Both the position numbers and the translations under genes were made by a program. The notes under the pieces are model-generated. The model was not told the origin of the DNA. It saw only the letters and a list, made by a program, of their open reading frames with translations, and ran no database searches. From Leucoraja erinacea (lineage: Eukaryota): a DNA stretch of 64,000 nt. This document shows positions 63,111 to 64,000 of the stretch, piece by piece. The stretch is taken from the NCBI RefSeq assembly GCF_028641065.1, contig NC_073379.1, positions 41,850,001-41,914,000 on the forward strand, written 5' to 3'. Every line of letters begins with the position of its first letter. Within the stretch, counting starts at the first letter, position 1.

Positions 63111-63624
63111 AGTTTTATATAATTTAGGTTTATATAAGGATGTGAACGATGCTTTTTATTGGAACATTTGAATTTGACATGAAAATAAGAAATTGAGACC
63201 AAAGTTGAAACCAAACTCAAAATCATCATGATTTTTTTTCATGTAAAAAAGATGCTTTATAATGCATTGATGTTTCATTTTTTTTACATCAGAGAAGGCT
63301 GTTTTCACTATTAAATAATTCGACGTGATTGAAACTTATGGAGACATTGGAAAATGGCCCTCATGATTATATCTTTTTAACCAGGTACATTTCGGTTTAT
63401 CAACAGCCATTTTATCCATCTTTTAACTTTCCTTGTCTTACCGTAGCACACCTCTTTATAGTTACATAATTATAGATTATTTATAAAATTTGTCTGAGTA
63501 ATGGGAATTAAAATGATGTTACAAACAGTTTTGGTTTGGGATTTTCTTAAATTAAAATAAAAAATAGGCAAAGTATTGTGCAACAGTCAAACCTTATGAA
63601 TCTGAGTTTTCCTGACAAAGTATC

Positions 63625-63818
63625 AGACAGCGTCTCTGGAGAAAAGGAATAGTTGACGTTTCGGATGTGAACCCTTCTTCAGACTGACTGAATACTAAGA
63701 TGGGTTAGACCCGAAACGACACATATTTATTTTCTCCAAAAACGATGCCTGACTCGCTGAGTTTCTTCAGCATGTCGTGTCTACGGTATAAACCAGCATC
63801 CGCAGTTCCTTCTTACAT
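63625..63818. mobile_element. Fold-back PLE-terminus element
   Basis: Minus core CTGAAGA A GGGT TCAC ATCC GAAA CGTC (63655-63682) facing a + arm gacccgaaacgac...cagttccttcttaca. Confidence 0.72.
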
Positions 63819-64000
63819 AAAGTGTCAGATATATTCACTTGACAACCGACAGCCACATTTTAGCCCGTCATTACTTTGAAGCCCCTTGTTAGCCATTTTC
63901 ATTTGCAAATCATTCAAACAGACAGCAAATCATTGTGAGACAGCCGACCGAGTCCGCGCCGACCAGCGGTCACCCGTGGACTAGTTCTATCCTAGACGCT

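Noticed and set aside
63940-63984. Helitron-like 3' end (GC hairpin followed by CTAG|T)
   Set aside because: No matching 5' TC terminus or second copy identified; hairpin geometry is atypical.

Overview
Repeat-rich vertebrate genomic DNA, most likely from a cartilaginous fish (skate/ray/shark; inferred from the repeat families, not proven). Two spliced + strand genes can be assembled. (1) The last three coding exons of a compact hemogen (HEMGN) orthologue at 1644-1734, 8054-8331 and 9982-10094; the first coding exon was not found in the window. (2) A complete six-exon TRMO/TsaA-family tRNA m6t6A37 methyltransferase at 34000-51238 (524 aa) with a CpG-island promoter. The order and orientation match human HEMGN-TRMO(-FOXE1) synteny. 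The rest is mostly transposon debris: CR1 and Rex1/Babar-like LINEs, V-SINEs, two Tc1 elements, Harbinger-type MITEs, a TcMar non-autonomous element, a non-autonomous Helitron and many Penelope-like element (PLE) pieces. The most notable signal is a ~130-bp PLE terminal module, present in about 20 copies, that carries a minimal hammerhead-ribozyme-like motif (CTGAAGA-A-stem II-GAAACGT[C/T]). It repeatedly forms TSD-flanked fold-back insertions with a ~35-nt unpaired tail, one of them 20 nt after the hemogen stop codon. Most ORFs in the supplied track are repeat fragments or spurious. Repeat boundaries are approximate unless TIRs/TSDs are quoted.
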